42,833 nt of DNA from Patescibacteria group bacterium (GCA_038077975.1 JBBUGM010000013.1:1-42833), one strand, 5' to 3'. Counted from the stretch's first letter, positions 9,042-18,133 are shown. Translations and numbers: made by a program. Notes: generated from the letters alone by a model not told the origin.

Positions 9042-10019
9042 ATGCAAAAGTGGCCAAGAAATAAATTCGGAAGTACCAACCTTGTTGTTGCCAGAATTTG
9101 TTGGGGTTGTGGCCCGCTAGGCGGGGTACCGGATTTGGGCTATGTCGTTCCGGAGGAAAGGGCGATCGAAATACTACTCAGAGTTTTTGACAGTCCAATC
9201 AACTTTCTCGACACCGCAAACTTCTACGGTGAGAGCGAAAGTAGGATCGGGAAAGCCATTAAATTGCGGGGCGGATTATCGGAGGGTTTCGTTGTAGCCA
9301 CCAAAGCAGACCGTGACCGACAAACCAATAGCTTCAGCGCTAGCCAAGTCAGGAAGTCGGTAGAGACAAGTTGCTCGCGGTTAGGGCTCAAGCATCTTCC
9401 TCTCGTGTATCTCCACGACCCCGAATACCACCCCCTTTACGTTTCGGACAGAAAGAAAGCGATGCAAGAAATTCTTGCTCCGAATGGTCCCGTGGCCGAA
9501 CTCGAGAAGTTGAGAGACGAAGGTATTATTTCGTACATCGGGATATCGGGCGGTCCCATTAATATGTTGATCGAATTCATTTCTACAGGGAGGTTTGACG
9601 CCTTGATAACCCACAACCGCTGGAATTTGCTTTGGCGAGGAGCCGATCCTCTGATCGACAAGGCAAGGGAGATGGGACTTGGCATAGTTAACGCCGCGGC
9701 ATATGCAAGTGGTATTTTAGCGGCTGGGTCCGTCAACGGAGCTCGTGCTGCATACCAAACTCCGACTACGGAAATAATGAAAAAAGTAAAGGGCATGGAG
9801 TCGGTATGTCAAAAATACAATGTCCCGCTTGCGGCAGCCGCTCTTCAATTTTCTCTTCGCGACAATCGTATTTCTTCAACTGCGGTGGGTATATCACGAG
9901 TGGAAGAAGTAGAGGCAACACTGCGTCTTGCAGAGATTGCTCTGCCAGAAAAGATTTGGTCGGAATTGGACATGTTTGCAATTGGAGATGAAGATCCGGA
10001 AAAAAACAGGTGGAAATAG
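9042..10019 (+). CDS. Aldo/keto reductase (aldose/L-fucose dehydrogenase-like)
   Basis: FLDTANFYGESESRIG, VATK, VYLHDP, PLAAAALQF. TTGACA-18-TATGAT lies upstream. Confidence 0.88.
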   Translation: MQKWPRNKFGSTNLVVARICWGCGPLGGVPDLGYVVPEERAIEILLRVFDSPINFLDTANFYGESESRIGKAIKLRGGLSEGFVVATKADRDRQTNSFSASQVRKSVETSCSRLGLKHLPLVYLHDPEYHPLYVSDRKKAMQEILAPNGPVAELEKLRDEGIISYIGISGGPINMLIEFISTGRFDALITHNRWNLLWRGADPLIDKAREMGLGIVNAAAYASGILAAGSVNGARAAYQTPTTEIMKKVKGMESVCQKYNVPLAAAALQFSLRDNRISSTAVGISRVEEVEATLRLAEIALPEKIWSELDMFAIGDEDPEKNRWK

Positions 10020-10026
10020 TTTACTC

Positions 10027-10056
10027 GGGCGTTGCGCTTTGCGCAACGCCCTTTTT
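10027..10056 (+). terminator. Intrinsic terminator overlapping the next promoter
   Basis: GGGCGTTGCGC-TTT-GCGCAACGCCC-TTTTT. Confidence 0.8.
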
Positions 10057-10075
10057 GCATGATAAAATCAATAGA

Positions 10076-10969
10076 ATGAGGGTCTTTCTTACTGGAGCCA
10101 CAGGTTTTATAGGGAAATGCACACTTGAAGAATTGAAAAAGTGCGGGCATCGTGTTCTTGCGCTTTCCCGTCGAACTCACCGCGAGCGCGGCGTGGATTT
10201 TATTAAGGGAGATCTTGCGAATATCGTGAAATGGAAGGGGCGGCTAAAAAAATTCAAGCCGCAAGCGGCGGTGCATCTTGCCTGGGAAGGCATTCCCGAT
10301 TTTTCATACGAGCGGAGCGTAAAAAATTTAGAGGAGGGTATCGCGCTTTTCTCCGCGCTCGCGGGCGTTGGCTGTAAAAAAATAGTCGCCGCCGGCAGCG
10401 GTTTTGAGTGCGGCAACCGTACGGGCAAGATTTCCGACGCTATCCCGGTCGCGCCGTACAATTCTTTCACCGCGGCGAAGCATTCACTCCATCTTATGGG
10501 AGAGGCGCTTGCCCGGGAACACGAAATGGATTTCATTTGGCTCCGTCCTTACAATCCATATGGCAATGGACAAAGGCCCGGTTCGCTCATACCATACATA
10601 ATGCGCACCGTTGAAGGGGAAATACCTTTGCGCCTCAAGAATCCGTTTGCGCAGGGCGACTTCGTTTATATATCAGATGTGGCGAAGATGTTCGCTGATG
10701 CGATTGCGCGCGGCAAAGGTATCGCGACTTATAACCTCGGCTCCGGCTATCTTACGCCCGTGCGGGAGATTGCAAGGATAGTTTGCAAAGAAATAGGCGC
10801 GAGCGAGGAATACTGCAAAGATTTTGCCCGCACGACGAAAGGAAAGTTTCAGCCCGCCGCCTATGCCGACATTTCACGTGTGCGCAAGGACCTCGGCTGG
10901 CGCCCGAAAGTGGATATGGCAGAGGGGATAAAGAAAACCGTCAAAGAATTTCTAAGTTCTAATTACTAA
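10076..10969 (+). CDS. NAD-dependent epimerase/4-keto reductase (paralog of 20595)
   Basis: Start revised to MRVFLTGATGFIG; HLAWEGIPD. The catalytic Tyr position reads FTAAK rather than YxxxK. Confidence 0.8.
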   Translation: MRVFLTGATGFIGKCTLEELKKCGHRVLALSRRTHRERGVDFIKGDLANIVKWKGRLKKFKPQAAVHLAWEGIPDFSYERSVKNLEEGIALFSALAGVGCKKIVAAGSGFECGNRTGKISDAIPVAPYNSFTAAKHSLHLMGEALAREHEMDFIWLRPYNPYGNGQRPGSLIPYIMRTVEGEIPLRLKNPFAQGDFVYISDVAKMFADAIARGKGIATYNLGSGYLTPVREIARIVCKEIGASEEYCKDFARTTKGKFQPAAYADISRVRKDLGWRPKVDMAEGIKKTVKEFLSSNY

Positions 10970-10977
10970 TTGCTAAT
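10950..10977 (+). repeat. Degenerate heptamer repeat TTCTAAG TTCTAAT TACTAAT TGCTAAT over the stop codon
   Basis: Read directly; TAA occurs in all three frames. Confidence 0.75.
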
Positions 10978-10985
10978 TTTTATTA

Positions 10986-11873
10986 ATGAAAATCATTGTT
11001 ACCGGCTCGGAAAGTTTTGTGGCGCGGGAACTTATCGCGCAGTGCCTTAAGGCGGGCATTGAGGTTTTTGGCTTTGATTTCGCTAAAAATAGCGACCTTC
11101 CTTACGAATTCAAAAAAGGCAACATCAATGACCCTAAGATCGGAGATATTTTCCCCGAAGGCGCGGACGCGATCGTGCACCTTGCGGCGATTTCCCGCCC
11201 GCAGGATTGCGAAGGGAAGCCGTACGAAACCTTCCAAACGAACGTGATGGGGACCCTGAATCTCATGCGCGCGGCGAAGGCGAGGGGCGTGCGCCAGTTC
11301 ATTTTCCCCTCAAGCGACTGGGTGTATGAAAAATTCGCAGAAGGAGAGGAGAAGAACGAGGATTCTTTCATTGATATTGCGGGACATACCTCAGAGTACG
11401 CCCTCTCAAAGCTCGTGAGCGAGGCGAATCTTCGGCAAGCGCACTTGCGCGGAGATTTCATGCCAGTAACTATTCTCCGCTTTGCCATTATCTACGGGCC
11501 GCGTCCGGCGAACTGGGGATCTCTCGAACGCGTCGCGAGCGAAGCGAAGAAAAACGATACTATCGCGTTCTCCGGTTCCAAGAAGTCTGGGCGTTGTTAC
11601 ACGCACGTTACCGACACCGCGCGCGGCATCCGAGCCGCGTTCGGCCGGACGGATTTCCAGATCATCAACATCGCGGGGGACAACCTGATTACATTCGAAG
11701 CTATAGTCCACGGCATCGAGAAGCTGTGCAATAAAAAGATCGCCATCATGGAGAAAGATCCCTCAAACGTTGTTGCGCGCAAGATTTCCAACAAGAAGGC
11801 GAAAGAGCTTCTTGGGTGGGAGCCACAGATCGGCCTCGAGGAGGGGCTGAAGACAATTTTTTCTTACCTATAA
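10986..11873 (+). CDS. NAD-dependent epimerase/dehydratase
   Basis: IVTGSESFVA (degenerate Gly motif), IVHLAA, YALSK, LRFAIIYGP. Confidence 0.82.
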   Translation: MKIIVTGSESFVARELIAQCLKAGIEVFGFDFAKNSDLPYEFKKGNINDPKIGDIFPEGADAIVHLAAISRPQDCEGKPYETFQTNVMGTLNLMRAAKARGVRQFIFPSSDWVYEKFAEGEEKNEDSFIDIAGHTSEYALSKLVSEANLRQAHLRGDFMPVTILRFAIIYGPRPANWGSLERVASEAKKNDTIAFSGSKKSGRCYTHVTDTARGIRAAFGRTDFQIINIAGDNLITFEAIVHGIEKLCNKKIAIMEKDPSNVVARKISNKKAKELLGWEPQIGLEEGLKTIFSYL

Positions 11874-11878
11874 AAAGC

Positions 11879-12808
11879 ATGGCGACGACCGATAAACAAA
11901 AAATTGCCGAGGAAGTAATTCGTTTGCGCTTGAGTCAAATGATCGTAAACGAAGAACATAAAAAGGGGCAGTTCAAGATACCCCTGCATCTTGGCATGGG
12001 GCATGAGGCGGTTGCCGTGGCGGTAAGCGAAATAATGGAGAAGGGCGATAATCTTTTGCCCACGCACCGCAACATTGCCTATAACCTTGCCCGAACGGGA
12101 GCGCTTCGTCCTCTGCTCCACGAATATTTGTTGAAGCCCACGGGATTGAATAAGGGGCGGTCCGGTTCCATGAATCTTTTGAACCCGGAGAGGGGAATTG
12201 TCTACACCTCGAGCATCCTCGGTAATCAGTTTCCTGTCGCAGTGGGCCTTGCGAAGGCAGGGAAGATGGCTGGGAAAAATAACGTGACCATCGTTATGGG
12301 CGGCGACGGCTCGATCGAAGAGGGGACATTTTACGAGAGCATGCTTATGGCGCGGAGCCTAAACCTTCCCGTGATTTTTATCATAGAAAACAACGATTGG
12401 TCGATGTCGACGCGTATTAGCGAGCGCCGTTGCCACATTGACCTTTCGCTTTTTGCGGAATCTTTGGATATCCGTTATGTCCATCTCGATGGCAATGACC
12501 CATATTTTTATACAGACGCCTTAAAAGACATGAGGAAATTTTCTGTAGAGAATAGCGTGCCGGTTTGTGTTGAGATAAAAGTGGTTACGCTTGATAAGTT
12601 TCTCATGAAAACGCCGGAACATCCCGAAGGGGAAGAAATACACCCCCATATGGGAGCTGCTCTTGGGGTGTCATTGGATAAGGGGCCGATCATTCACGAG
12701 AACGCCGACGACCCTATTTTTGTGCTCACAAAGCATATTGAGAGGCCGGCTTTCGATGAAATTGCGCGCAAACAATTGGCTTTATTGCAGAAAGAAATTA
12801 CTCTATAA
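11879..12808 (+). CDS. TPP-dependent dehydrogenase E1 alpha-like subunit (pair 1)
   Basis: HLGMGHEAVAV, THR, GRSGSM, GDGSIEEG...ENN. Start revised to MATTDK. Confidence 0.87.
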   Translation: MATTDKQKIAEEVIRLRLSQMIVNEEHKKGQFKIPLHLGMGHEAVAVAVSEIMEKGDNLLPTHRNIAYNLARTGALRPLLHEYLLKPTGLNKGRSGSMNLLNPERGIVYTSSILGNQFPVAVGLAKAGKMAGKNNVTIVMGGDGSIEEGTFYESMLMARSLNLPVIFIIENNDWSMSTRISERRCHIDLSLFAESLDIRYVHLDGNDPYFYTDALKDMRKFSVENSVPVCVEIKVVTLDKFLMKTPEHPEGEEIHPHMGAALGVSLDKGPIIHENADDPIFVLTKHIERPAFDEIARKQLALLQKEITL

Positions 12809-12816
12809 CGAGATGC

Positions 12817-12932
12817 TCCCGTTAGAAGCCGCGGTCGCTTTTCTAGGCAGCAAAATACTAAAATAAACCATATATAAAATCATTTATCGCAGGCCTCGGT
12901 TTTTTGACGACCGCGACCTGCTTCTAACGGGA
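12817..12932. mobile_element. MITE-like hairpin element, copy 2
   Basis: Same termini as 5424-5538; flanked by duplicated ATGC. Confidence 0.8.
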
Positions 12933-13873
12933 TGCAATACGCGGAATACATAAATTCGGTACTCAAAGAGATCATCGCTTCGCGCGACGGTCTTGTGATT
13001 TACGGTCAGAATGTAACAGAGGGTTCCCGTATCGGCGGCCTTACCAGAGGTTTTGAGAAATTGTTGGAGAAAAAAAAGAATCTGATCGATACGACGAATA
13101 GCGAGAATTCGCTCGTTGGCTTCGGATTCGGTTTGATGCTCGGCGGAGGAGCAGCAGCGTTCTTTATGAAACAACTCGACTTTCTTTTGCTTGGTATTGA
13201 CCAGCTCGTGAACACGTATAATATCATTCGGAATAGCGGGCAGACAAAGGGGTCGTTTACGATCGTGCCGACCGTCGTCGATGTCGCCAACCAGGGGCCG
13301 CACTCGAGTTCCAATAATTTCGCCGATTTTTGCTCGATAGCGAGAATTCAGGGATTCGCCATTACGAACAAATATGACGCGGAGAAAATTCTTACCACCC
13401 ACTTTGGCGCGCCGGGATTTCGGATCATCGGAGTAAGCCACAGGTTTTTGAAGGAAGATATCTTTGACCCGGGAGTGCCTGTGGCCGTCGATAAGGAAAT
13501 GAAGTTCGTGCAATACAAAGACGGCGAAGATGCAACGATAGTTTGCTTTAATTTTTCTTTCCCGTACGGCTGGCGGCTTGGGGTTGAGTTAGAAAAAATA
13601 GGCAAGAAACCGGCGCTCTGGAACGTGAACTATATGACCCCAATCGACTGGGCGCCGATTCTTGCAAGCGCGAAGAAAACGGGAAAACTGGTTGTGATCG
13701 ACGACAGCAACAGCGAAAACTTGTCGTGTTTTTCGCTTTTGGCCGAAGCGCGCAAACTGAATCTTAAAAAAGACGTTGTGATAACATCCAAACCCGTGGA
13801 TAACTGGTTCAGCCCCGTCTCGAGCGTGGCGAGCGTGGATTACGCGAAAGTCGCGCGCGATATCGCCTCTTAA
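12932..13873 (+). CDS. TPP-dependent E1 beta/transketolase C-terminal-like subunit (pair 1), divergent
   Basis: IYGQNV, NSENSLVGFGFGL, QGPHSS, SAKKTGKLVVID; follows the alpha subunit. Confidence 0.8.
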   Translation: MQYAEYINSVLKEIIASRDGLVIYGQNVTEGSRIGGLTRGFEKLLEKKKNLIDTTNSENSLVGFGFGLMLGGGAAAFFMKQLDFLLLGIDQLVNTYNIIRNSGQTKGSFTIVPTVVDVANQGPHSSSNNFADFCSIARIQGFAITNKYDAEKILTTHFGAPGFRIIGVSHRFLKEDIFDPGVPVAVDKEMKFVQYKDGEDATIVCFNFSFPYGWRLGVELEKIGKKPALWNVNYMTPIDWAPILASAKKTGKLVVIDDSNSENLSCFSLLAEARKLNLKKDVVITSKPVDNWFSPVSSVASVDYAKVARDIAS

Positions 13874-13904
13874 TTTTTCGAGCGGAGAGCGACTTCTTGG
13901 AGCT

Positions 13905-14735
13905 ATGGCGCTAAAAAATAAAACGGCATTGATTACCGGCGGCAGCCGGGGCATCGGCCTTGCGGTCGCACAGGCCTTTTTGCGGGAAGGAGCGAGAGTG
14001 ATGCTCGCCGCGCGTTCGGAAGAAGAACTTCTGAAAGCGAAAAAGGAATTCAAAAAAGATTTCGCGAATATCGAGACGTACAGGGCCGATATTTCCTTGC
14101 CGCGCGACGTTACCGCTCTCGTCAAGGATACGATCGGCATGTTTGGCGAGCCGGCAATCTTGGTGAACGCCGCGGGTATTTTTGGTCCGATAGGCGAACT
14201 CGAAAGCATAGATTTCGACGCGTGGAAAAAAACTTTTGAGATCAATGTGTTCGGAATGTTCAATATGATCCAGGCGGTAGCGCCCTTTATGCGCAAGAGC
14301 GGGTACGGGAAGATCATCAATTTCGGCGGTGGCGGCGATGGTCCCTCGCCGCGCTTCAGCGCTTATAGCGCTTCCAAGGGGGCAGTTGCGCGCCTTACGG
14401 AAACAATTGCCGCCGAACTGAAAGATGACCACATTGACGTGAATGCCGTTGCTCCCGGTCCGGTCAATACCAAATTTCTCGACGATGCTCTTGCGGCGGG
14501 AGAGGCGGCCGTTGGCGCCGAACAATATAAAAAACTGCTTAGACAGAAAGAAGAAGGAGGAACTCCGCCTGAACTCGCGGCGGAGCTTTGCGTGTTTTTG
14601 GCTTCAAGCGCCTCAGACGGTCTTACCGGAAAAATTGTGAGCGCGAAATGGGACGACTGGAAAAATTGGGACAGAAAAAAGATCGAAGCGATAATGAATA
14701 AAAATATCTATACATTACGCCGCGTTGTGCGGTAA
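13905..14735 (+). CDS. Classical SDR oxidoreductase
   Basis: TGGSRGIG, LVNAAG, YSASK, VNAVAPG. Confidence 0.9.
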   Translation: MALKNKTALITGGSRGIGLAVAQAFLREGARVMLAARSEEELLKAKKEFKKDFANIETYRADISLPRDVTALVKDTIGMFGEPAILVNAAGIFGPIGELESIDFDAWKKTFEINVFGMFNMIQAVAPFMRKSGYGKIINFGGGGDGPSPRFSAYSASKGAVARLTETIAAELKDDHIDVNAVAPGPVNTKFLDDALAAGEAAVGAEQYKKLLRQKEEGGTPPELAAELCVFLASSASDGLTGKIVSAKWDDWKNWDRKKIEAIMNKNIYTLRRVVR

Positions 14736-14752
14736 TGATATACTTATAACTT

Positions 14753-15559
14753 ATGTTTGAAAGAAATATTGAGCGCTTGTTGAAAGTATTCCTCAATCCC
14801 CAGATTGCCGTAAAGCATATCTGGCGCAGAATTCCTGTTGGTAGTATAGAGCTCAGGGAAAGGTTCGATGCTTTCGAGAGGCCGAGCTATGCTTGGGGCA
14901 TCATCAACGCCGCCAAATTAGCCAGGAATCTTGGCCACAAAAGCGTCTCAGTGATCGAATTTGGCGTCGCAGAAGGTTATGGTCTTATGGATATGGAAAA
15001 AACCGCGATGGCGGCGGGAAAAAAATATGGCATCGAGATCCAGGTGTATGGCTTCGATGTCGGCACCGGGAACGTCGTGTCGAACGATTTTAGAGATATG
15101 CCCTATTATTGGAGACCCGGAGATTACAACATGGGAGAAGGAGGAATGCAAAAAATTTCCAACAAGCTAAAGAAAGCCGAACTGATCGTTGGAGATGTTC
15201 GCAATACAGTGAGAAAGATATATGAAAGGCGCGACTTCGCGCCGATCGGGTTCATTTCTTTCGACCTCGGCTTTTATAACAACACAAAAGATGCGTTGAA
15301 AATTTTTGATACCGACGACAAAAATGTTTTACCGAGAGTGCTTTGCTATTTTGATGACGTGATGGGAGATGGCACTTGTCACAACGAGTTTACCGGGGAA
15401 TTGCTTGCTATCAAGGAGTTTAATAACAACCACGACGATCAAAAGATCGCGAAAGTGAACGGTTTTTCAATTAACAGGATCATAAAAAGTCCTTGGAACG
15501 AAGGGATATACGCGCTTCACCGTTTTCGGCATGCGGATTATAATCGTTTTGGCGCTTGA
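14753..15559 (+). CDS. Putative sugar O-methyltransferase (TylF/MycF-like fold)
   Basis: IEFGVAEGYG, VYGFD, IGFISFD, CYFDD. Confidence 0.55.
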   Translation: MFERNIERLLKVFLNPQIAVKHIWRRIPVGSIELRERFDAFERPSYAWGIINAAKLARNLGHKSVSVIEFGVAEGYGLMDMEKTAMAAGKKYGIEIQVYGFDVGTGNVVSNDFRDMPYYWRPGDYNMGEGGMQKISNKLKKAELIVGDVRNTVRKIYERRDFAPIGFISFDLGFYNNTKDALKIFDTDDKNVLPRVLCYFDDVMGDGTCHNEFTGELLAIKEFNNNHDDQKIAKVNGFSINRIIKSPWNEGIYALHRFRHADYNRFGA

Positions 15560-15672
15560 TCAGAGATAGCGCAACCCGCCTTGACTGCTCGTCGGAACCT
15601 GGATTACATTATATCCTGTGATAGGATAATTGAGTTTTTGGACTTTTCTTATTGTAGTCGGTCTTAATCCCA

Positions 15673-16680
15673 ATGGTCATAACAAAAACCCCATTTCGCG
15701 TTTCTTTCTTCGGCGGCGGTACTGATTATCCAACATGGGTGGATGAGCACGGCGGCGCAACCCTCTCAACAACTATCAATAAGTATTGTTACGTCACCTG
15801 CAGGCACCTGCCGCCTTTTTTCGATTATAACTACCGGATACGTTATAACGAGCAGGAACATGTGAAGACGATCGCGGAGATCCGGCATCCGTCGGTGCGT
15901 GCGTGTCTTGCTTTCACAAACACCAAAGAAAGGATCGAAATGCAGCACAACGGCGACCTGCCGGCGATGTCGGGCCTGGGTTCTAGTTCTTCGTTCACAG
16001 TTGGCCTTTTGCACGCATTATATGCCCTGCGGAATGAGCAAAAAATTTCCAAGAAGCGGCTTGCCGAGGAAGCAATTCATATCGAGCAGAACGTTATAAA
16101 AGAAAATGTCGGTTCGCAGGATCAGATCGCGGCCGCTTTCGGCGGTTTCAACAAAATTGAATTTCGCAAAGGAGGACAGTTTGAAGTTATCCCCGTTTCA
16201 GTATCGCCGGAAACCGCGAGGGCGCTCGAGGGCCGCCTCATGCTTTTCTTCACCGGTTTCGCGCGCAACGCTTCCGAGGTGGCCGCGGAGCAGATCAAAA
16301 ATATCAAGCAAAAAGAACAGGAGCTTCACGCAATGGCAGCAATGGTTCCGGAGGCTGCGCGAATACTCGCCGCCGGTCCGGCGCGGCTCCAAGAATTCGG
16401 CCGCCTTCTTGATGCATCGTGGATCCTCAAACGCGGGCTTTCTTCGAAGATAACGAACAGCCACATCGATGGTATGTATGCCGCGGCAAAAAGCGCGGGA
16501 GCACTGGGCGGCAAAATCTTGGGCGCCGGCGGAGGCGGTTTTATGCTTCTCTACGCGGAACCGGAAGTTCAGCCGCGCATCAGGGAAACACTCGGAAAAT
16601 TTCTTCATGTGCCGTTCCGTTTCGAGAACGAAGGCAGTCAGACGATCTTCAAGCTAGACAACGAAACCTACCTTTCTTAA
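15673..16680 (+). CDS. hddA: D-glycero-alpha-D-manno-heptose-7-phosphate kinase (GHMP family)
   Basis: KTPFRVSFFGGGTD, SGLGSSS, VGSQDQ, GGKILGAGGGG. Confidence 0.9.
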   Translation: MVITKTPFRVSFFGGGTDYPTWVDEHGGATLSTTINKYCYVTCRHLPPFFDYNYRIRYNEQEHVKTIAEIRHPSVRACLAFTNTKERIEMQHNGDLPAMSGLGSSSSFTVGLLHALYALRNEQKISKKRLAEEAIHIEQNVIKENVGSQDQIAAAFGGFNKIEFRKGGQFEVIPVSVSPETARALEGRLMLFFTGFARNASEVAAEQIKNIKQKEQELHAMAAMVPEAARILAAGPARLQEFGRLLDASWILKRGLSSKITNSHIDGMYAAAKSAGALGGKILGAGGGGFMLLYAEPEVQPRIRETLGKFLHVPFRFENEGSQTIFKLDNETYLS

Positions 16681-16860
16681 GGCGAGTTTTTCGAATACCG
16701 ACTTTGTTATTTTGGCGAGAGGATTGGGAACGTGCCCGTGACCCGTGGCTTCAGATCGGCCGAAAGTTATGGCGGAATTCGGCGGATGGCAATTTCTTTA
16801 TATATTGGTCGACAACCTCTAATCATAACGCCGATCGTAATGCTCGCGGTTGGTTTTACG
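16680..16860 (+). pseudogene. hddC: Decayed N-terminus of an HddC-like nucleotidyltransferase
   Basis: Reads TDFVILARGLGTCP*PVASDRPKVMAEFGGWQFLYILVDNL*, then IVMLAVGF in another frame. Matches the ILAGGLGTRL...PK.MA motif. No start codon, internal stops. Confidence 0.72.
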
Positions 16861-16915
16861 GAATTTAAATAATCTAATAGTTGATTTCGATAGATGATAA
16901 TTTTATAATTTCTTT

Positions 16916-18133
16916 ATGCACAAAAAACCCAAAGGAGTAAGAATCCCTTATGCGTTGTCGGTATACGATTCGAGAGAAGAGAAAAAAGTGTTAGGCGTAA
17001 TGCGGGAGCATAGAACAAATATGGGAGTGGAAACACGAGAATTCGAGCGTCGAGTTGCGGAGGCTTTCGGAAAAAAATATGGCATTATGGTGAATTCGGG
17101 GTCATCCGCGAACCTGCTTGCAGTTGAATTACTTGATTTGCCGGCAGGATCGGAAGTGATCACGCCAATTTTGACTTTTTCAACAACTGTTGCGCCGCTC
17201 GTGCAGAAAGGCCTTGTTCCGGTGTTCGCAGATGTTGAAGAAGGAAAATATACCATCAATGTTTCGCAAATAGAATCCCTTATCACCAAAAAGACCAAAG
17301 CATTAATGGTGCCTCTCCTTCTCGGCAATGTGCCAGACCTTCGAAAAATAAAAGCAATTGCCAAGAAGCATAGCCTTCTCTTTGTGGAAGATTCTTGTGA
17401 CACTCTTGGTGCTACGTTGCGCGGGGCGCCCAGCGGAAAATTTTCCGATATTTCTACGACGAGTTTCTTTGGTTCTCATATTATCACCGCCGGAGGCAAT
17501 GGAGGCATGCTCATGGTAAACAGTCCGGCCATGAAGGATAGGGCGAAAGTATTGCGCGGCTGGGGCAGGAGTTCGGCGCTTTTTGGAGAGACAGAAGACA
17601 TCAGCAAGCGTTTTATGGGAAGGTTGGGTAAGCTTCCTTATGATGCAAAATTCATTTTTGATGAGGTTGGTTACAATTTATTACCCGTGGAAATGTGTTC
17701 GGCTTTCGGGAACGCGCAGCTTGATAAATTGAACATCTTTAGAAAAACTCGCGAACATAATTTTTCTTTTCTTTTGAAATTTTTCAAAAAGTATGAGGAA
17801 TTTTTTGTTCTTCCCATTCAAAATCCGGATTCGAAAACGCAATGGATCGCGTTTCCTCTTACAATTAAGAAGAGCGCTCCATTCTCAAGAATAGAGCTTC
17901 TAACATTTTTAGAGGAACACAACATTCAAACTCGTCCAATATTTACCGGTAATATCCTTTCGCAGCCGGGATTTAAAAAAATTTCCCATAGATCGATAAA
18001 AGAAGGATTTCCGATAACAAACGGTATTATGGAAAGGGGTTTTGTTGTTGGTTGTCACCATGGTCTTACGCAAAAACAACTTAATCGCATGACGGAGGCG
18101 GTCCGGAAATTTCTCGAAAAGCACACCTCGTAG
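16916..18133 (+). CDS. PLP-dependent 4-keto-6-deoxysugar 3-dehydratase (RfbH/DdhC-ColD group of the DegT family)
   Basis: VNSGSSANLLA, EDSCDTLG, SFFGSHIITAGGNGG (His in place of Lys), IQTRPIFTGNI. Lacks the Fe-S Cys cluster. Confidence 0.82.
   Translation: MHKKPKGVRIPYALSVYDSREEKKVLGVMREHRTNMGVETREFERRVAEAFGKKYGIMVNSGSSANLLAVELLDLPAGSEVITPILTFSTTVAPLVQKGLVPVFADVEEGKYTINVSQIESLITKKTKALMVPLLLGNVPDLRKIKAIAKKHSLLFVEDSCDTLGATLRGAPSGKFSDISTTSFFGSHIITAGGNGGMLMVNSPAMKDRAKVLRGWGRSSALFGETEDISKRFMGRLGKLPYDAKFIFDEVGYNLLPVEMCSAFGNAQLDKLNIFRKTREHNFSFLLKFFKKYEEFFVLPIQNPDSKTQWIAFPLTIKKSAPFSRIELLTFLEEHNIQTRPIFTGNILSQPGFKKISHRSIKEGFPITNGIMERGFVVGCHHGLTQKQLNRMTEAVRKFLEKHTS

Noticed and set aside
11879-13873. 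Annotation as a pyruvate dehydrogenase complex (pdhAB)
   Set aside because: No E2/E3 nearby, two divergent pairs, and a sugar-pathway context; gene symbols withheld.
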